Counted from the stretch's first letter, positions 1-10,616 are shown. The stretch: 64,000 nt of DNA from Sedimentisphaeraceae bacterium JB056 (GCA_044440125.1 JBITAJ010000008.1:32001-96000), one strand, 5' to 3'. Program-made: numbers and translations. The notes: generated from the sequence alone by a model not told the origin.

Positions 1-1
1 C

Positions 2-784
2 TTCAAAGGCCGCGGTATGCAGTTTGAAGACGTTCGCGAGTATGTTGCAGGCGATGATGTACGTGATATTGACTGGAATGTTACAGCACGTGAAGGTAAG
101 GCGTACGTGAAGCGTTTTGTCGAAGAGCGTGAAATGACTGTTATACTGGCAGTCGATATGAGCGGCTCTGAGAATTTTGGTACTTCAGGCAAATTCAAAA
201 AAGAACTTGCGGCTGAACTTTGTGCGGTACTTGCCTTTGCGGCGAGCCGTAATAATGATAAGGTAGGGCTCTTGATTTTTACAAATAAGATTGAATTGTT
301 CGTACCTCCGAAAAAAGGAGACAAACACGTTCTACGAATAATCCGGGAGCTTCTTGGTTTTGAAGAGAAAGGTATTGCAACTGATATCCCTCAGGCTCTC
401 GATTATATAGCAAGGATAACCAATAAGCGAGCTACGATATTTGTTGTATCGGACTTCATCTCAGATAAAGATTTTTTAAAGCCAATGAAACTTTTGAAGA
501 GACGTAATGACGTAGTTGCAGTTACCGTAAGAGATACAAGCGAAACTAATCTTCCTTCTTGCGGCATAGTGGAGTTCAAGGACCCTGAAAGCGGTGAATT
601 GTTTTGCATAGACTGTTCTAACAAGAAAACGAGGCGGCAATTCGAACTTATGAATGCGAATAGATTTGCCGCGTTGAATGATTCATTTAAGTCTTCCAAA
701 ATAGATTGCATTGATGTCGTTACCGATCAACCTTACATACATACTCTAATTAAGTTTTTCAACCTGAGGCGTAAGAGACGATGA
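2..784 (+). CDS. DUF58 domain protein (MoxR/Bat-associated), 5'-truncated by window edge
   Basis: Frame open from the window start: FKGRGMQFEDVREYVAGDDVRDIDWNVTAR...VKRFVEERE is the DUF58 signature; VWA-like DMSGS; precedes bat genes. Confidence 0.9.
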   Translation, partial: FKGRGMQFEDVREYVAGDDVRDIDWNVTAREGKAYVKRFVEEREMTVILAVDMSGSENFGTSGKFKKELAAELCAVLAFAASRNNDKVGLLIFTNKIELFVPPKKGDKHVLRIIRELLGFEEKGIATDIPQALDYIARITNKRATIFVVSDFISDKDFLKPMKLLKRRNDVVAVTVRDTSETNLPSCGIVEFKDPESGELFCIDCSNKKTRRQFELMNANRFAALNDSFKSSKIDCIDVVTDQPYIHTLIKFFNLRRKRR

Positions 785-1776
785 GTAATCAGTGTAAAAT
801 GTCTACAACAATATTTCTCGCAGTATTGATATCCATAAGCTGCATGGGAGTAACACTTACCGGTTCTGATGATACGGTGAAAGCAACTGCCACTGCAGAA
901 AAGACTGACATAAACTTTTCGGAAAACGTAATTGTTACAATCAACTATGAGCCGCAGGATATAAGAGATGCTTCGATATCATTAACAGATGAAGCTCTTG
1001 ATGTCAATATTATTGATGAGGCTGCGGGATATCTAAAAGCGGTTATAGTACCGTCAAGACCCGGTGAATTCGAAACTCTCTTGAAATTTGAATATAAGGA
1101 TAAAGACGATGTCGAGGCCGTTTTCGGTATTGGGCAGCTTAACTTAAATGTTGCTACAAATCTCACTGAAGAAGATATTAAAAACCTGCAATCAGGTGAT
1201 ATATCCTCAATTGTCGATCCAATAGCAAGAACTGAAAAAGTAGAATCAGTACCAGTGGATCCCACGATTTTAATAGCCGCTTGTATTGGAATCCTTATTC
1301 TTGCCGGTGGTTTTATTTTTGCGATGCGAAAGAAACGGAAAGTTGTTCAGGAGCAGAAAAAATACGTTGTTTTGCATAATGTTGCTTACCAACTGCTTGA
1401 TGATCTTAAATTCAAGAATCTACCTGATCTGGGAAAATTCAAGCTATATTACAGTAGTCTGAGTAATATATTGCGGTACTATATTGAATACAGATTTGAT
1501 ATTCAAGCTCCCGATATGACCACCGAAGAATTTCTTGAGCATATCAGGTATTCAGACAGTCTTGCTTCGGCTGACAGAAGCAGTATTGAAAAGTTTTTTC
1601 AGATTTGTGACATGGTGAAATTCGCTAAGTTTCAGCCGTCGACTGAACAGGCATTTGAAGCGTTAGAAAGTGTCAGGTCTTTTTTGAGTGATACGGAAGA
1701 CTATCTTTGCGTTATAGAACAATCAATTGCAGACAAGTACGCAGGAATACTGGAGGGTGACGATGACACTGTTTAG
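781..1776 (+). CDS. Bat-operon membrane protein (signal peptide, single TM helix, C-terminal helical domain)
   Basis: ATGA overlap with DUF58 stop; TM ILIAACIGILILAGGFIFAM; C-terminal LRYYIEYRF..APDMTTEEFL..CDMVKFAK typical of the gene between DUF58 and batA. Confidence 0.75.
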   Translation: MSNQCKMSTTIFLAVLISISCMGVTLTGSDDTVKATATAEKTDINFSENVIVTINYEPQDIRDASISLTDEALDVNIIDEAAGYLKAVIVPSRPGEFETLLKFEYKDKDDVEAVFGIGQLNLNVATNLTEEDIKNLQSGDISSIVDPIARTEKVESVPVDPTILIAACIGILILAGGFIFAMRKKRKVVQEQKKYVVLHNVAYQLLDDLKFKNLPDLGKFKLYYSSLSNILRYYIEYRFDIQAPDMTTEEFLEHIRYSDSLASADRSSIEKFFQICDMVKFAKFQPSTEQAFEALESVRSFLSDTEDYLCVIEQSIADKYAGILEGDDDTV

Positions 1777-2836
1777 TAATCCGTGGGCATTTACGCTGCT
1801 GCTTATAATCCCGGTGGTCTTGCTGCTTTTAAGGTTCAAGTCAAAGGCAACTGTCCGGTTCTCATCAAGTAAGTTTTTTATGAATTGCAGTCCCGGCTGG
1901 CGAGTGAGACTCAGGCCTCTGCTGCTGATACTTCGAATAATTTGTATCATTCTGATTGTGATATCAATCGCTCGTCCGAGAAAAGGTACCAAGCTTTCGA
2001 ATGTTTCAACCGAAGGTGTTGCGATGCAGATTGTCGTTGATCGTTCCGGCAGTATGGACGAGCAGATGGCTTATAAAGGAAGGCAGCTAACTCGTTTTGA
2101 GGTTGTTAAAAATGTCTTAGAGGATTTTATAAAGGGCGATGGCGACAAGCTTAAAGGCAGAGCCGGAGACATGATAGGGCTTGTAACGTTTGCCCGTTAT
2201 CCTGACACTACGTGCCCGCTTGTGCACAGCCACGGCATATTACTCGACTTCATGAAGCAGACCGAGACGGTTAGTGAAAAATCTGAAGAGAATGCTACCG
2301 CAATAGGCGAGGCCATCTCGCTTGCGGCCGCAAGACTTGAGAAAGCCGAGCAGCAGATACTTGACAATAATCGCAAGATTGCAAATTCTTCATTAAAGGA
2401 TAAATCTAAGCCAGATTTTGATATAAAAAGCAAAGTTCTGATACTGCTTACAGACGGTATTAATAATGCTGGAGAGATGACACCCATGCAAGCCGCAGAA
2501 CTGGCGTCTGAGTGGGGTATAAAGATATATGCTATCGGTATAGGTTCTGACGGTTACAGGAGTTTTGGCGGCATGAGAATACCAATGAGGTCACAACTTG
2601 ATGAAGCCATGCTGCAAAGTATCGCACAGAAAACCGGCGGTTTTTATGCGCGAGCTGACAGTGCAGAATCTCTTAAGAAAATATATGAAAAAATTGACGA
2701 GCTTGAAGATACCAAAATAGAAGCTGTTGATTATTACGAATATGCTGAGAAATTTGAACTTTTCACGTTTGCGGCTTTAATCGTTTTGCTTTGCGAAATA
2801 GTGCTGAGCTGCACTCTATTGAGAAAAATACCTTGA
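1763..2836 (+). CDS. batA: VWA-domain protein BatA
   Basis: N-terminal FSNPWAFTLLL hydrophobic segment, ARPR, MIDAS DRSGSM, LLTDG, C-terminal TM; start moved to ATG 1763 after SD GGAGGG. Confidence 0.85.
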   Translation: MTLFSNPWAFTLLLIIPVVLLLLRFKSKATVRFSSSKFFMNCSPGWRVRLRPLLLILRIICIILIVISIARPRKGTKLSNVSTEGVAMQIVVDRSGSMDEQMAYKGRQLTRFEVVKNVLEDFIKGDGDKLKGRAGDMIGLVTFARYPDTTCPLVHSHGILLDFMKQTETVSEKSEENATAIGEAISLAAARLEKAEQQILDNNRKIANSSLKDKSKPDFDIKSKVLILLTDGINNAGEMTPMQAAELASEWGIKIYAIGIGSDGYRSFGGMRIPMRSQLDEAMLQSIAQKTGGFYARADSAESLKKIYEKIDELEDTKIEAVDYYEYAEKFELFTFAALIVLLCEIVLSCTLLRKIP

Positions 2837-2845
2837 TGGTTTATT

Positions 2846-3874
2846 ATGGTTAATGTTAACTACTTATTATTATTGTTCATGATCGCGGTTATTATTATAC
2901 CGGCGTACTGCTGGAGTTTTTATCGCAAGCGCAGGATGCTGAGAGTGTTTGCCGATTCTAAGTTTCACAAGCAGTTAAACGCGAATGTAAGCGTGACCAG
3001 GCAGTTATTCAAAGCGTTGACACTGATTGCGATATTCACGCTGCTTGTAATAGCCCTGTGCAGGCCGCGATGGAACCCAACGCTTAAAGATGTACACAGT
3101 GAAGGCAGGGATGTTGTTATATTGCTTGACGTGTCACGTTCAATGCTTGCAGAGGATATTAAACCAAATCGCCTTGAAAGAGCTAAGATAGCGATAAAGG
3201 ATTTAATTGAAAAGCTGCAAGGTGATCGTATCGGGTTGATAACTTTTGCCGGTGATGCGACTGTTAAATGTCCTCTAACGCAGGATTATGGTTTCCTCAA
3301 ACTTGTACTCTCTGAGATATCGACTAAAAGTACCGGAGTAGGCGGCACGAATCTTGGTGATGCTATCCGAAAGGCTTCTGATGACGTATTTGATAATACG
3401 CCAAAAGAATTCAAGGATATAATACTTATAACCGACGGCGATGACCAGCAGAACAGTTTGCCGGTTGAGGCATCATCGGCGGCAGGTGAAAAAGGAATCA
3501 GAATTATTGCCGTGGGGCTTGGAAATACAGATCAGGGTTCCAGGATACCAATTTACGATGATGCTGGAAATAAGACTTTTCTGACCTATGATGGGCAACA
3601 GGTTTGGACCAAGCTTGATGAGAAAACGCTCAGAAGGGCAGCTCTTGCCAGCAGAGATGGTAAGTATATACCTGTGCAAACCGGAACATTTGATCTTGGT
3701 AAGATATATGAGGGCATTGTCGCCAACTCAGAGAAACGAAAGCTTGAAGAGCAGTCAAAAATGGAATATGAGGAAAAATTTCAGATATTTCTTGCCGCTG
3801 CACTTATTCTGCTTGTCTCTGAAATGCTTATAAGTGAGAAATGCAAAGAACCTAAGAAATCAACGGTAAAATAA
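2846..3874 (+). CDS. batB: VWA-domain protein BatB
   Basis: LDVSRSMLAEDIKPNRLERAK, GDRIGLITFAG, CPLTQDY, LITDG; N- and C-terminal TM; follows batA. Confidence 0.85.
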   Translation: MVNVNYLLLLFMIAVIIIPAYCWSFYRKRRMLRVFADSKFHKQLNANVSVTRQLFKALTLIAIFTLLVIALCRPRWNPTLKDVHSEGRDVVILLDVSRSMLAEDIKPNRLERAKIAIKDLIEKLQGDRIGLITFAGDATVKCPLTQDYGFLKLVLSEISTKSTGVGGTNLGDAIRKASDDVFDNTPKEFKDIILITDGDDQQNSLPVEASSAAGEKGIRIIAVGLGNTDQGSRIPIYDDAGNKTFLTYDGQQVWTKLDEKTLRRAALASRDGKYIPVQTGTFDLGKIYEGIVANSEKRKLEEQSKMEYEEKFQIFLAAALILLVSEMLISEKCKEPKKSTVK

Positions 3875-3878
3875 GACT

Positions 3879-5021
3879 ATGAGAGAGAATAAAACAGTTA
3901 AAGCAAACAGTCACAATAGCAAGCTATGCATTAAGTTCACCTTGCCTGTAATTTTGCTTCTTGTATCTGCGGCATTCGCCTCTCCAAGAGCAACGGTTGC
4001 AGAAGGCAATGAACTCTTCGCAAAGGGTGATTACGAAAACGCTCAGCTCAAATATGAACAGGCTCTTAAAATCGATCCCGATTGTGAACAGGCGATGTAC
4101 AACCTTGGTGTTGCTCAAATGAAGAATGGCCAAAATGAAGAAGCTGCAGATGTTTTCATGGATCTTGCAAGTAAGACTTCTGACAAAAGGCTCCTTTCCA
4201 ATGTGCAGCGCAATATCGCGGCAATAAAACTTAAAGAAGGATTTGGTAATATAGAGCAAACACAGGGTAAGGAAGCTATAGATGAAAAGATAGACTCGCT
4301 TGATTCGGGAATTGATTATTTGAGCAGAGCCAGGCAGATCTCAGAAGAGTCAAATGATATAGACAAGGGAATTGAGGCTGCACGCCTTCAAAAAGCTGCA
4401 TTGAAACAACTTAAAAAACAGTTAGAAGAACAAGAAAAGCAACAGCAGCAAAACAAGGATGAGATGAGTGATAAACTTGATGAACTGCAAAAAGAGCAGC
4501 AAGAACTATCTGAACAGTCTAAGCAGCAATCTGAACAGCAGTCAAGCGAGGAGAACCAGCAGCAGAAAGACAGTCTTAAACAAAAACAGCAGGAACTAAG
4601 TGATGAGACCAGCCAGGCTCAACAGCAAGCTCAGGATACTTCTCAACAAGATTCTCAGATGAAGCAGGCAAATGAAAAGATGCAGGAAGCTATGGAGAAG
4701 CAAAAACAAGCTCAGAAGCAGTTGGAAGAAGGAGATTACGAAAATGCCGCAAAATCACAGGAAGAAGCGGCGGAGAAGTTGAGGGAGGCCAGAGAAAGCC
4801 TGAATAATGAGCAAGAGCAGCAAAACGAAAAAAATAAAGAGCAACAGAATTCTGAGCAAGGTGAGCAACAGCAAAAAGAGCAACCCAAAGAAGGTCAGAC
4901 TCAAGCAAATCAAGCTGAATTAGACAAGACTGCTCAGGAGATACTCGAAAAAGAGAAGGAGAACAAGAAGCAGAGGGTGCTGATACGGGCAAGACAACGA
5001 GAGGTCGAAAAAGATTGGTAG
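3879..5021 (+). CDS. batC: TPR protein with Q/E-rich coiled-coil tail, BatC-like
   Basis: EGNELFAKGDYENA..YEQAL..AMYNLG TPR, long Q/E low-complexity region, C-terminal EKDW. Confidence 0.75.
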   Translation: MRENKTVKANSHNSKLCIKFTLPVILLLVSAAFASPRATVAEGNELFAKGDYENAQLKYEQALKIDPDCEQAMYNLGVAQMKNGQNEEAADVFMDLASKTSDKRLLSNVQRNIAAIKLKEGFGNIEQTQGKEAIDEKIDSLDSGIDYLSRARQISEESNDIDKGIEAARLQKAALKQLKKQLEEQEKQQQQNKDEMSDKLDELQKEQQELSEQSKQQSEQQSSEENQQQKDSLKQKQQELSDETSQAQQQAQDTSQQDSQMKQANEKMQEAMEKQKQAQKQLEEGDYENAAKSQEEAAEKLREARESLNNEQEQQNEKNKEQQNSEQGEQQQKEQPKEGQTQANQAELDKTAQEILEKEKENKKQRVLIRARQREVEKDW

Positions 5022-5047
5022 GTAATAAGGATTTGATCAGTGAAATT

Positions 5048-6853
5048 ATGAAAACTAAAACGATTATATATTTTTTATTGCTTTCAGGAATTTGGATAAC
5101 AGCTCTTGCAGATTCGGTATCTGTATACGGAAAAGTTGATGATAAGGAACCGATATATTCGGGACAGAGATTCAATTTTTATGTTGTGATTGATGGTGAT
5201 AATACTCCCGGTACTGTTGATGAGAAGCCGCTTGCTCCCTTTTCCCCTCAAGGGCCTCAGGTGCGGGATGTATCACAAAGCTCCGTTGTTACTATCAACG
5301 GCAAGACAACTAAAAATGTTGTAAAGCGATATCTGATAAGCTACAGTCTACAAGCAGGCACTGAGGGCAACTATGTGATACCACCTCTTACCGTTACTGT
5401 TGGTGGAGACACTTATAGGACATCACCAGTCAATTTTGCGGTTCAGAAACCTGAGACAACAAATCGGATTGCAATTGAAGCTGAACTTTCAGAAGATAAA
5501 TGCTATGTTGGCCAGCCAGTTATCCTGACTGTTAAATGGTACGTCTGGAAAGATATTGCAGGTAGAGTTAGCGATTACATGTTCAATGTTCCGGTCTTTA
5601 GTGATGCAGATTTCATTATTGAGGATATTACGCCAACCTCAACACCTCCGAATAAAGCGGCCTTACAGGTAAACGGCATAGATGTTCAGGTAAATCAAAG
5701 AGCAGTCAAGTATAACGGAAACGACTGCGTTGAAGTTTCCTTCAGCAAAGTCTTAATACCTAAAATAACCGGTACGCTTTCTCTTGATAAAATCGGAGTC
5801 CTCTGCAAGATTAATATGAGCCGCAGCAGATTCGGTTTTGATAGAGAATACAAATCTTTTGGAACTGATACTGACAGGCTTACACTTGAAGTGACAGCAT
5901 TGCCTCAAGAAGATAAACCGGATGGGTTTTATGGACTAATAGGCAACTTTGATATTATGACTGAGGCGACACCAACTGACATTAAAGTCGGCGATCCAAT
6001 TACACTCAAGATATCTATTGGTGGAAATCCTTATCTCAAACCGGTGCAATGGCCAGAGCTCAGTTCCATCAAAGACTTTACTGATAATTTCATACTCCCA
6101 TCCGAACAATCAAGCCCTGAGATTGTAAACGGCAGAAAAGTCTTTACTCAAACCATACGAGCCAAGAACGATACTGTTGAGCAGATTCCTGCCGTTACAA
6201 TTTCTTTCTTTGATACAGAAAAAGGGAAATATGCGACAAGCTCAAGTAATCCGATAAATATTAATGTCTCCCCAACAAAAGTACTGACCCTTTCAGATGT
6301 TGAAAGCGGCAATAGCTTTGAATCCGGCAGGACGCTTCAGGCCGTTAAAGGCGGCATTTCGGCAAACTATGTGGGTAATGAATTACTCAAAGACATGTCT
6401 TTCTCTCCGTACAAGAAGATCATACATTTTCCCGCTGTAGTTATATGGGGCGGACCTTTGTTTATTTTCATAATCAGTTTTATCTTTAGCTTAACATCAC
6501 GGGATAAAGATATAAGAGCAGTAAGAAAACGTATGAAAAATGCAGCTAAGAAAGCCCGCTCGGCATTAAGCAAAATTGATTCTGATGGCGAAGGTGCAAA
6601 AAAGACTCTGGCTGCGGCGGTAAAGACATATTTTGCGGAAAAATTCGACAAGAGTTCCGGTTCGCTGACTTCGGAAGATTGCAGGCGCATAGTTGAAGAG
6701 AAATGTGATGATCACGAATCTGCAGGAAAAATTGCAGAAATAATAGAAAAATGTGAGACTTCAGAATATAGCCTGCTTTCTGTAGAATTTGATAGAGATT
6801 GGATAAAAGAGATTATTGCAATCATTGAAAGGATTGAAAAATGCGTTCGATGA
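5048..6853 (+). CDS. batD: BatD family protein
   Basis: Signal peptide, SSVVTINGK, CYVGQPV, VGDPITLKISIGG, FFDTEKGKY, TM near the C-terminus; position in bat operon. Confidence 0.8.
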   Translation: MKTKTIIYFLLLSGIWITALADSVSVYGKVDDKEPIYSGQRFNFYVVIDGDNTPGTVDEKPLAPFSPQGPQVRDVSQSSVVTINGKTTKNVVKRYLISYSLQAGTEGNYVIPPLTVTVGGDTYRTSPVNFAVQKPETTNRIAIEAELSEDKCYVGQPVILTVKWYVWKDIAGRVSDYMFNVPVFSDADFIIEDITPTSTPPNKAALQVNGIDVQVNQRAVKYNGNDCVEVSFSKVLIPKITGTLSLDKIGVLCKINMSRSRFGFDREYKSFGTDTDRLTLEVTALPQEDKPDGFYGLIGNFDIMTEATPTDIKVGDPITLKISIGGNPYLKPVQWPELSSIKDFTDNFILPSEQSSPEIVNGRKVFTQTIRAKNDTVEQIPAVTISFFDTEKGKYATSSSNPININVSPTKVLTLSDVESGNSFESGRTLQAVKGGISANYVGNELLKDMSFSPYKKIIHFPAVVIWGGPLFIFIISFIFSLTSRDKDIRAVRKRMKNAAKKARSALSKIDSDGEGAKKTLAAAVKTYFAEKFDKSSGSLTSEDCRRIVEEKCDDHESAGKIAEIIEKCETSEYSLLSVEFDRDWIKEIIAIIERIEKCVR

Positions 6854-7653
6854 TATTTTATAGATTATTACCAGCTATATTGTTTTTCAGTACGATTGTG
6901 CTTTCTGCTGAGAATGATAGCAAAATAGAAAGTCATGATTTACTTGCTCATGCTAACAAGATATTTTCAGAAGCAAACGATACCCAGAAACCTGAAAGCA
7001 TTTCGCTATACCTGAAAGCGGCTTCATTGTATGAAAAAGTTGCCCAAAAAGCAGGAATCAACAATGCCAAGCTGTATTACAATATAGGCAACTGTTATCT
7101 GCTTGCAGATAATATTGGAATGGCTATATACAATTACAAAAAGTCGGAACGTATTGATTCGACTGATCCGCTTTTACAAAAAAATCTTGCAGTCGCAAGA
7201 AGTAAACGCCTTGACAGGGTAGAAGTTGAAATAGAAAGAAAAGTCTTGTCTACAATCTTTTTCTGGCATTATGACTTTTCTACAAAAGTACGGTTTTATC
7301 TGGCTCTAAGCTTTTTTGCATTAATCATGCTTCTTGCAACGATAAAAGTCTTAACTCGCACTTTTGGAGGATACTGGCCACTTACAATTGTCTTAGGCTT
7401 GATGTTTTTATCGATGACAGCTTCAGTTGTTATTGAAACAGTTGATTCTAAAATACATACTGAGGGTGTAATAATCGCATCAGAACTCGTAGCAAGAAAG
7501 GGAGACAGTGAAAAGTACGAAAAGGCATTCAATGAGCCGCTTCATGAAGGAACTGAGTTTGAGCTTATAGAAAAAAGACCGGGATGGATAAGGGTAAGCC
7601 TTGTGGATGGCTCTAAGGTGTGGCTTCCTGAAGAAGGATGTCGTTTGCTTTAA
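6850..7653 (+). CDS. batE: TPR + SH3-like protein BatE
   Basis: LYYNIGNCY TPR, two TM helices, C-terminal LHEGTEF..GWIRV..GSKVWLP SH3b-like; ATGA overlap with batD stop. Confidence 0.8.
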   Translation: MIFYRLLPAILFFSTIVLSAENDSKIESHDLLAHANKIFSEANDTQKPESISLYLKAASLYEKVAQKAGINNAKLYYNIGNCYLLADNIGMAIYNYKKSERIDSTDPLLQKNLAVARSKRLDRVEVEIERKVLSTIFFWHYDFSTKVRFYLALSFFALIMLLATIKVLTRTFGGYWPLTIVLGLMFLSMTASVVIETVDSKIHTEGVIIASELVARKGDSEKYEKAFNEPLHEGTEFELIEKRPGWIRVSLVDGSKVWLPEEGCRLL

Positions 7654-7671
7654 GAGATAAGGGCTTATAGT

Positions 7672-8472
7672 TTAGATGCCTTCACTATGTTTTCTGTATG
7701 CAGCGGGGGGCATGCCTGTTATCTTCTTGAATGTCTTTGAAAAATGAAACCGATCCGTAAAACCTGTATCGTAAGCAATCTTGTCAATTGTGTCATCTGT
7801 AAGTATAAGCATTTCTATGGATCTTGCTATTCGCCTCTGAGTGACAAATTTTGCGGGAGTTATTCCCACTGAATCAGTAAAATCACGCAAAAAATGACTT
7901 GGACTCTTTCCTGAAAGCCTCGCAAGAGAATCGTTGTCAATAGATCCGTTCAGGTTGTTGTCAATGAACTCGAATAATGAAGAGTATTTGCCTGTTGCCG
8001 GAATCAATCGATCTAACAGTATTCGTTTTTCATTAGAGATTTTCTTGAAATATTCAAAAAGCAAGCCATATATAAGAGATTTAAGTCTTGTATCAATAAT
8101 GAATTTATTAAGAGGGTCTTTGTAATTTTGCTCAATAATTGATATTATTTCTTTCCTGTCAATATTGCCGAATTCCATCAGGGAAGGGAATGTTTTCTTG
8201 CACAAGAAACCAGTTACTCCTATCAGATCAAAATGTACATAAAAATGTTCTATTTTAAGATTGTTGTACAGTCCCACTTTTTGCCATGCTGGAATTATAT
8301 ATAGGGTGTTCTTTTTAAGGTAATGACGTTTATTATCAGTCTCTAATATCGCACCATCAGAGCTGTTAATGTAAAGTCTCCAATATGTACACAGCATATT
8401 GGGATAGTTCCATTGATCATCTATCTCGACAAGTTTACAGTTGAGTATTCTTATGTATATTTCTTCCTGCAT
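7672..8472 (-). CDS. AraC-family transcriptional regulator
   Basis: C-terminal double HTH: LARLSGKSPSHFLRDF..GITP..IAYDTGFTDRFHFSKTFKKITGMPPAAYR. Confidence 0.92.
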   Translation of the reverse strand: MQEEIYIRILNCKLVEIDDQWNYPNMLCTYWRLYINSSDGAILETDNKRHYLKKNTLYIIPAWQKVGLYNNLKIEHFYVHFDLIGVTGFLCKKTFPSLMEFGNIDRKEIISIIEQNYKDPLNKFIIDTRLKSLIYGLLFEYFKKISNEKRILLDRLIPATGKYSSLFEFIDNNLNGSIDNDSLARLSGKSPSHFLRDFTDSVGITPAKFVTQRRIARSIEMLILTDDTIDKIAYDTGFTDRFHFSKTFKKITGMPPAAYRKHSEGI

Positions 8473-8593
8473 AAATATATAATAGCAGAAATATACATAT
8501 TTTCCAGCAAAACAACCATTTAATCTTTATATTTTACCGCTATCATAAAAAACAACGTAATAATGGTTATTAAAACAGTTAAAGAGGTATGAA

Positions 8594-9661
8594 ATGTCTT
8601 ATGAACATGGTTGGGCTGCAATAAATTTAGAGATGCCGCCAAGGGTTCCAAGAACCGAATATTCGGCAGAAACCTATCACTTTGATCTGATCAAAGAAGT
8701 TACAGGCATAGAGATAAATGACAAAAGCAGCGATATGGAGAAGCTTAAAGCACGCCAGGCCTTTACAAAAGCCTGGAATTATGATTACTGCTTTGGACTT
8801 TGGGGCTATACGGTAAGTGAGCTTGGCGATAAGAAGCGAACCCGAATGGGCCATGCCGAATTTGCCGCAAATGGCAGCGATATGGATTCTCAAGTAGATT
8901 GTCCTTTCAAAACACCTGAAGACGTCCTAAGCTTCGACCCATATGAATCTTACGGAAAACTTGATAAAAACTGGCTCGTAAAGAATTTTGAGGAAAGTTA
9001 CAAGTTCAATCTGAATCGCACGCCTGATTGCGTAACATCATCAGGTACTTATTCCACTCTAATTTCAGGTCTGATAAATACTTTCGGCTGGGATATGCTT
9101 CTGTTGGGACTTGGAACCGATCCCGTTAGAATGGGACAGGTTGCCAACCGTTACGCGGACTGGATGATGCAGTTTATGGAGGCTTTGGGTGAGGCGGATA
9201 TACCAATGGTAACCATTCACGATGACATTGTATGGACAAGCGGCCCATTTGTATCTCCTGACTGGTACAGAGAATACGTATTCCCCAATTTCAAAAAAAT
9301 GTTCGCTCCAATAATCGAAAGTGGTAAAAAGTTAGCATATTGCTCTGATGGAACATATACTATGTTCGTTGATGACATTGCTCAATGCGGCGTAGATGGG
9401 TTTATAATGGAGCCGACCACTGACATGGCTTATATTGCAGAGAAATACGGCAAGACACATTTCTTTATCGGCAATGCGGATACAAGGATATTGCTGTCAG
9501 GTACCAAGGATGATATACGCAATGAGGTTAAGAGGTGCATGGATATCGGCAAAAATTGTCCTGGATTTTTCATGGCTGTCGGCAATCATATTCCGGCCAA
9601 TACACCCGTGGAAAACGCATTGTATTACAATGAATGCTATAATGAAATGTCAGTTCGCTAA
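8594..9661 (+). CDS. Uroporphyrinogen decarboxylase (URO-D/MtaA-like) superfamily protein
   Basis: IHDDIVWTSGPFVSPDWYREYVFP, CSDG, FIGNAD, EVKRCMD..PGFFMAVGNHIP motifs; SD AAGAGG. Confidence 0.8.
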   Translation: MSYEHGWAAINLEMPPRVPRTEYSAETYHFDLIKEVTGIEINDKSSDMEKLKARQAFTKAWNYDYCFGLWGYTVSELGDKKRTRMGHAEFAANGSDMDSQVDCPFKTPEDVLSFDPYESYGKLDKNWLVKNFEESYKFNLNRTPDCVTSSGTYSTLISGLINTFGWDMLLLGLGTDPVRMGQVANRYADWMMQFMEALGEADIPMVTIHDDIVWTSGPFVSPDWYREYVFPNFKKMFAPIIESGKKLAYCSDGTYTMFVDDIAQCGVDGFIMEPTTDMAYIAEKYGKTHFFIGNADTRILLSGTKDDIRNEVKRCMDIGKNCPGFFMAVGNHIPANTPVENALYYNECYNEMSVR

Positions 9662-9669
9662 ATAAAATA

Positions 9670-9709
9670 TACAAAACCCCGGAAAGCCGAATGTTTCCGG
9701 GGTTTTGTA
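9670..9709. terminator. Bidirectional intrinsic terminator
   Basis: Inverted repeat TACAAAACCCCGGAAA / TTTCCGGGGTTTTGTA between convergent genes. Confidence 0.85.
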
Positions 9710-9717
9710 CTTCTGTT

Positions 9718-10491
9718 TTAAGAGCAAATCTTGCCAACATTTTCTGCGATATAACGAGGCCGATAAGGGAACAAAGACAGATCAGCTTCCTTGGTTATGC
9801 CGCTCATTACAAGCACGGTATCAATGCCCGATTCTATTCCAGCAATGATATCTGTATCCATTCGGTCACCTATTATAGCTGTTTCTTCACGTCTGCACTG
9901 AAGCTTTTGAAGTGAATGACGCATTATAAGAGGATTAGGTTTTCCAATGAAGTACGCTTGGCGTCCTGTTGCCAGTTCTATGGGCGAAATCAAGGAACGA
10001 CATGCCGGCGCTATTCCGGTCTCGGTCGGTCCGGTCAGGTCGGGGTTGGTTCCTATCAGCTTTGCGCCGCCCAATACAAGGTTGACAGCCGTTTCAAGCT
10101 TATCGTAACTGTAACTCTTCGTTTCACCGACAACGACATAATCCGGCGTTCTGTCGTCCTGTATGAATCCTAAATTGTAGAATTCCTGTGAAAGGGCAGC
10201 TTCGCCTATTACATAAACCCTGCCGTTAGGGCATTGAGATGAAAGAAAATTCGCTGTTGCCATAGCCGATGTCATGAAATGCTCTTTTTCCACATCAATT
10301 CCAAGACCGCTGAGTTTGTGCTTCAGTTCAAGCGGACTTCTCTCTGAACTGTTAGTCAAGAACAGGAATTCCTTGTTCTCGCTTTTAAGCCAGTTTATAA
10401 AGTCCATTGCGCCATCGACAAGTTTTCTGCCGTGGTATATAACCCCATCCATGTCACAGATAAAAGCTTTTTTGTTTCTTATTTCTTCCAT
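9718..10491 (-). CDS. HAD-IIA hydrolase, NagD-like
   Basis: CDMDGVIY motif I, LTNSS, TNPD, IGKP, IIGDRMDTDI. Confidence 0.9.
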   Translation of the reverse strand: MEEIRNKKAFICDMDGVIYHGRKLVDGAMDFINWLKSENKEFLFLTNSSERSPLELKHKLSGLGIDVEKEHFMTSAMATANFLSSQCPNGRVYVIGEAALSQEFYNLGFIQDDRTPDYVVVGETKSYSYDKLETAVNLVLGGAKLIGTNPDLTGPTETGIAPACRSLISPIELATGRQAYFIGKPNPLIMRHSLQKLQCRREETAIIGDRMDTDIIAGIESGIDTVLVMSGITKEADLSLFPYRPRYIAENVGKICS

Positions 10492-10616
10492 TTTATATCT
10501 TTCAAGTTTGATGCGTCCAACAAAAGTCATGAAGCGTTAGTTAACCCTTGATCTCTGATTAAACTCGTAGATTTAATCAGCAACGATGTACTTTTGTCGG
10601 TTTCGCCAAGTTTTAG

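Noticed and set aside
4400..4960. CAG/CAA/GAA-rich repetitive-looking DNA
   Set aside because: Explained by Q/E low-complexity coding in BatC; no fixed repeat-spacer structure, so not CRISPR or a tandem array
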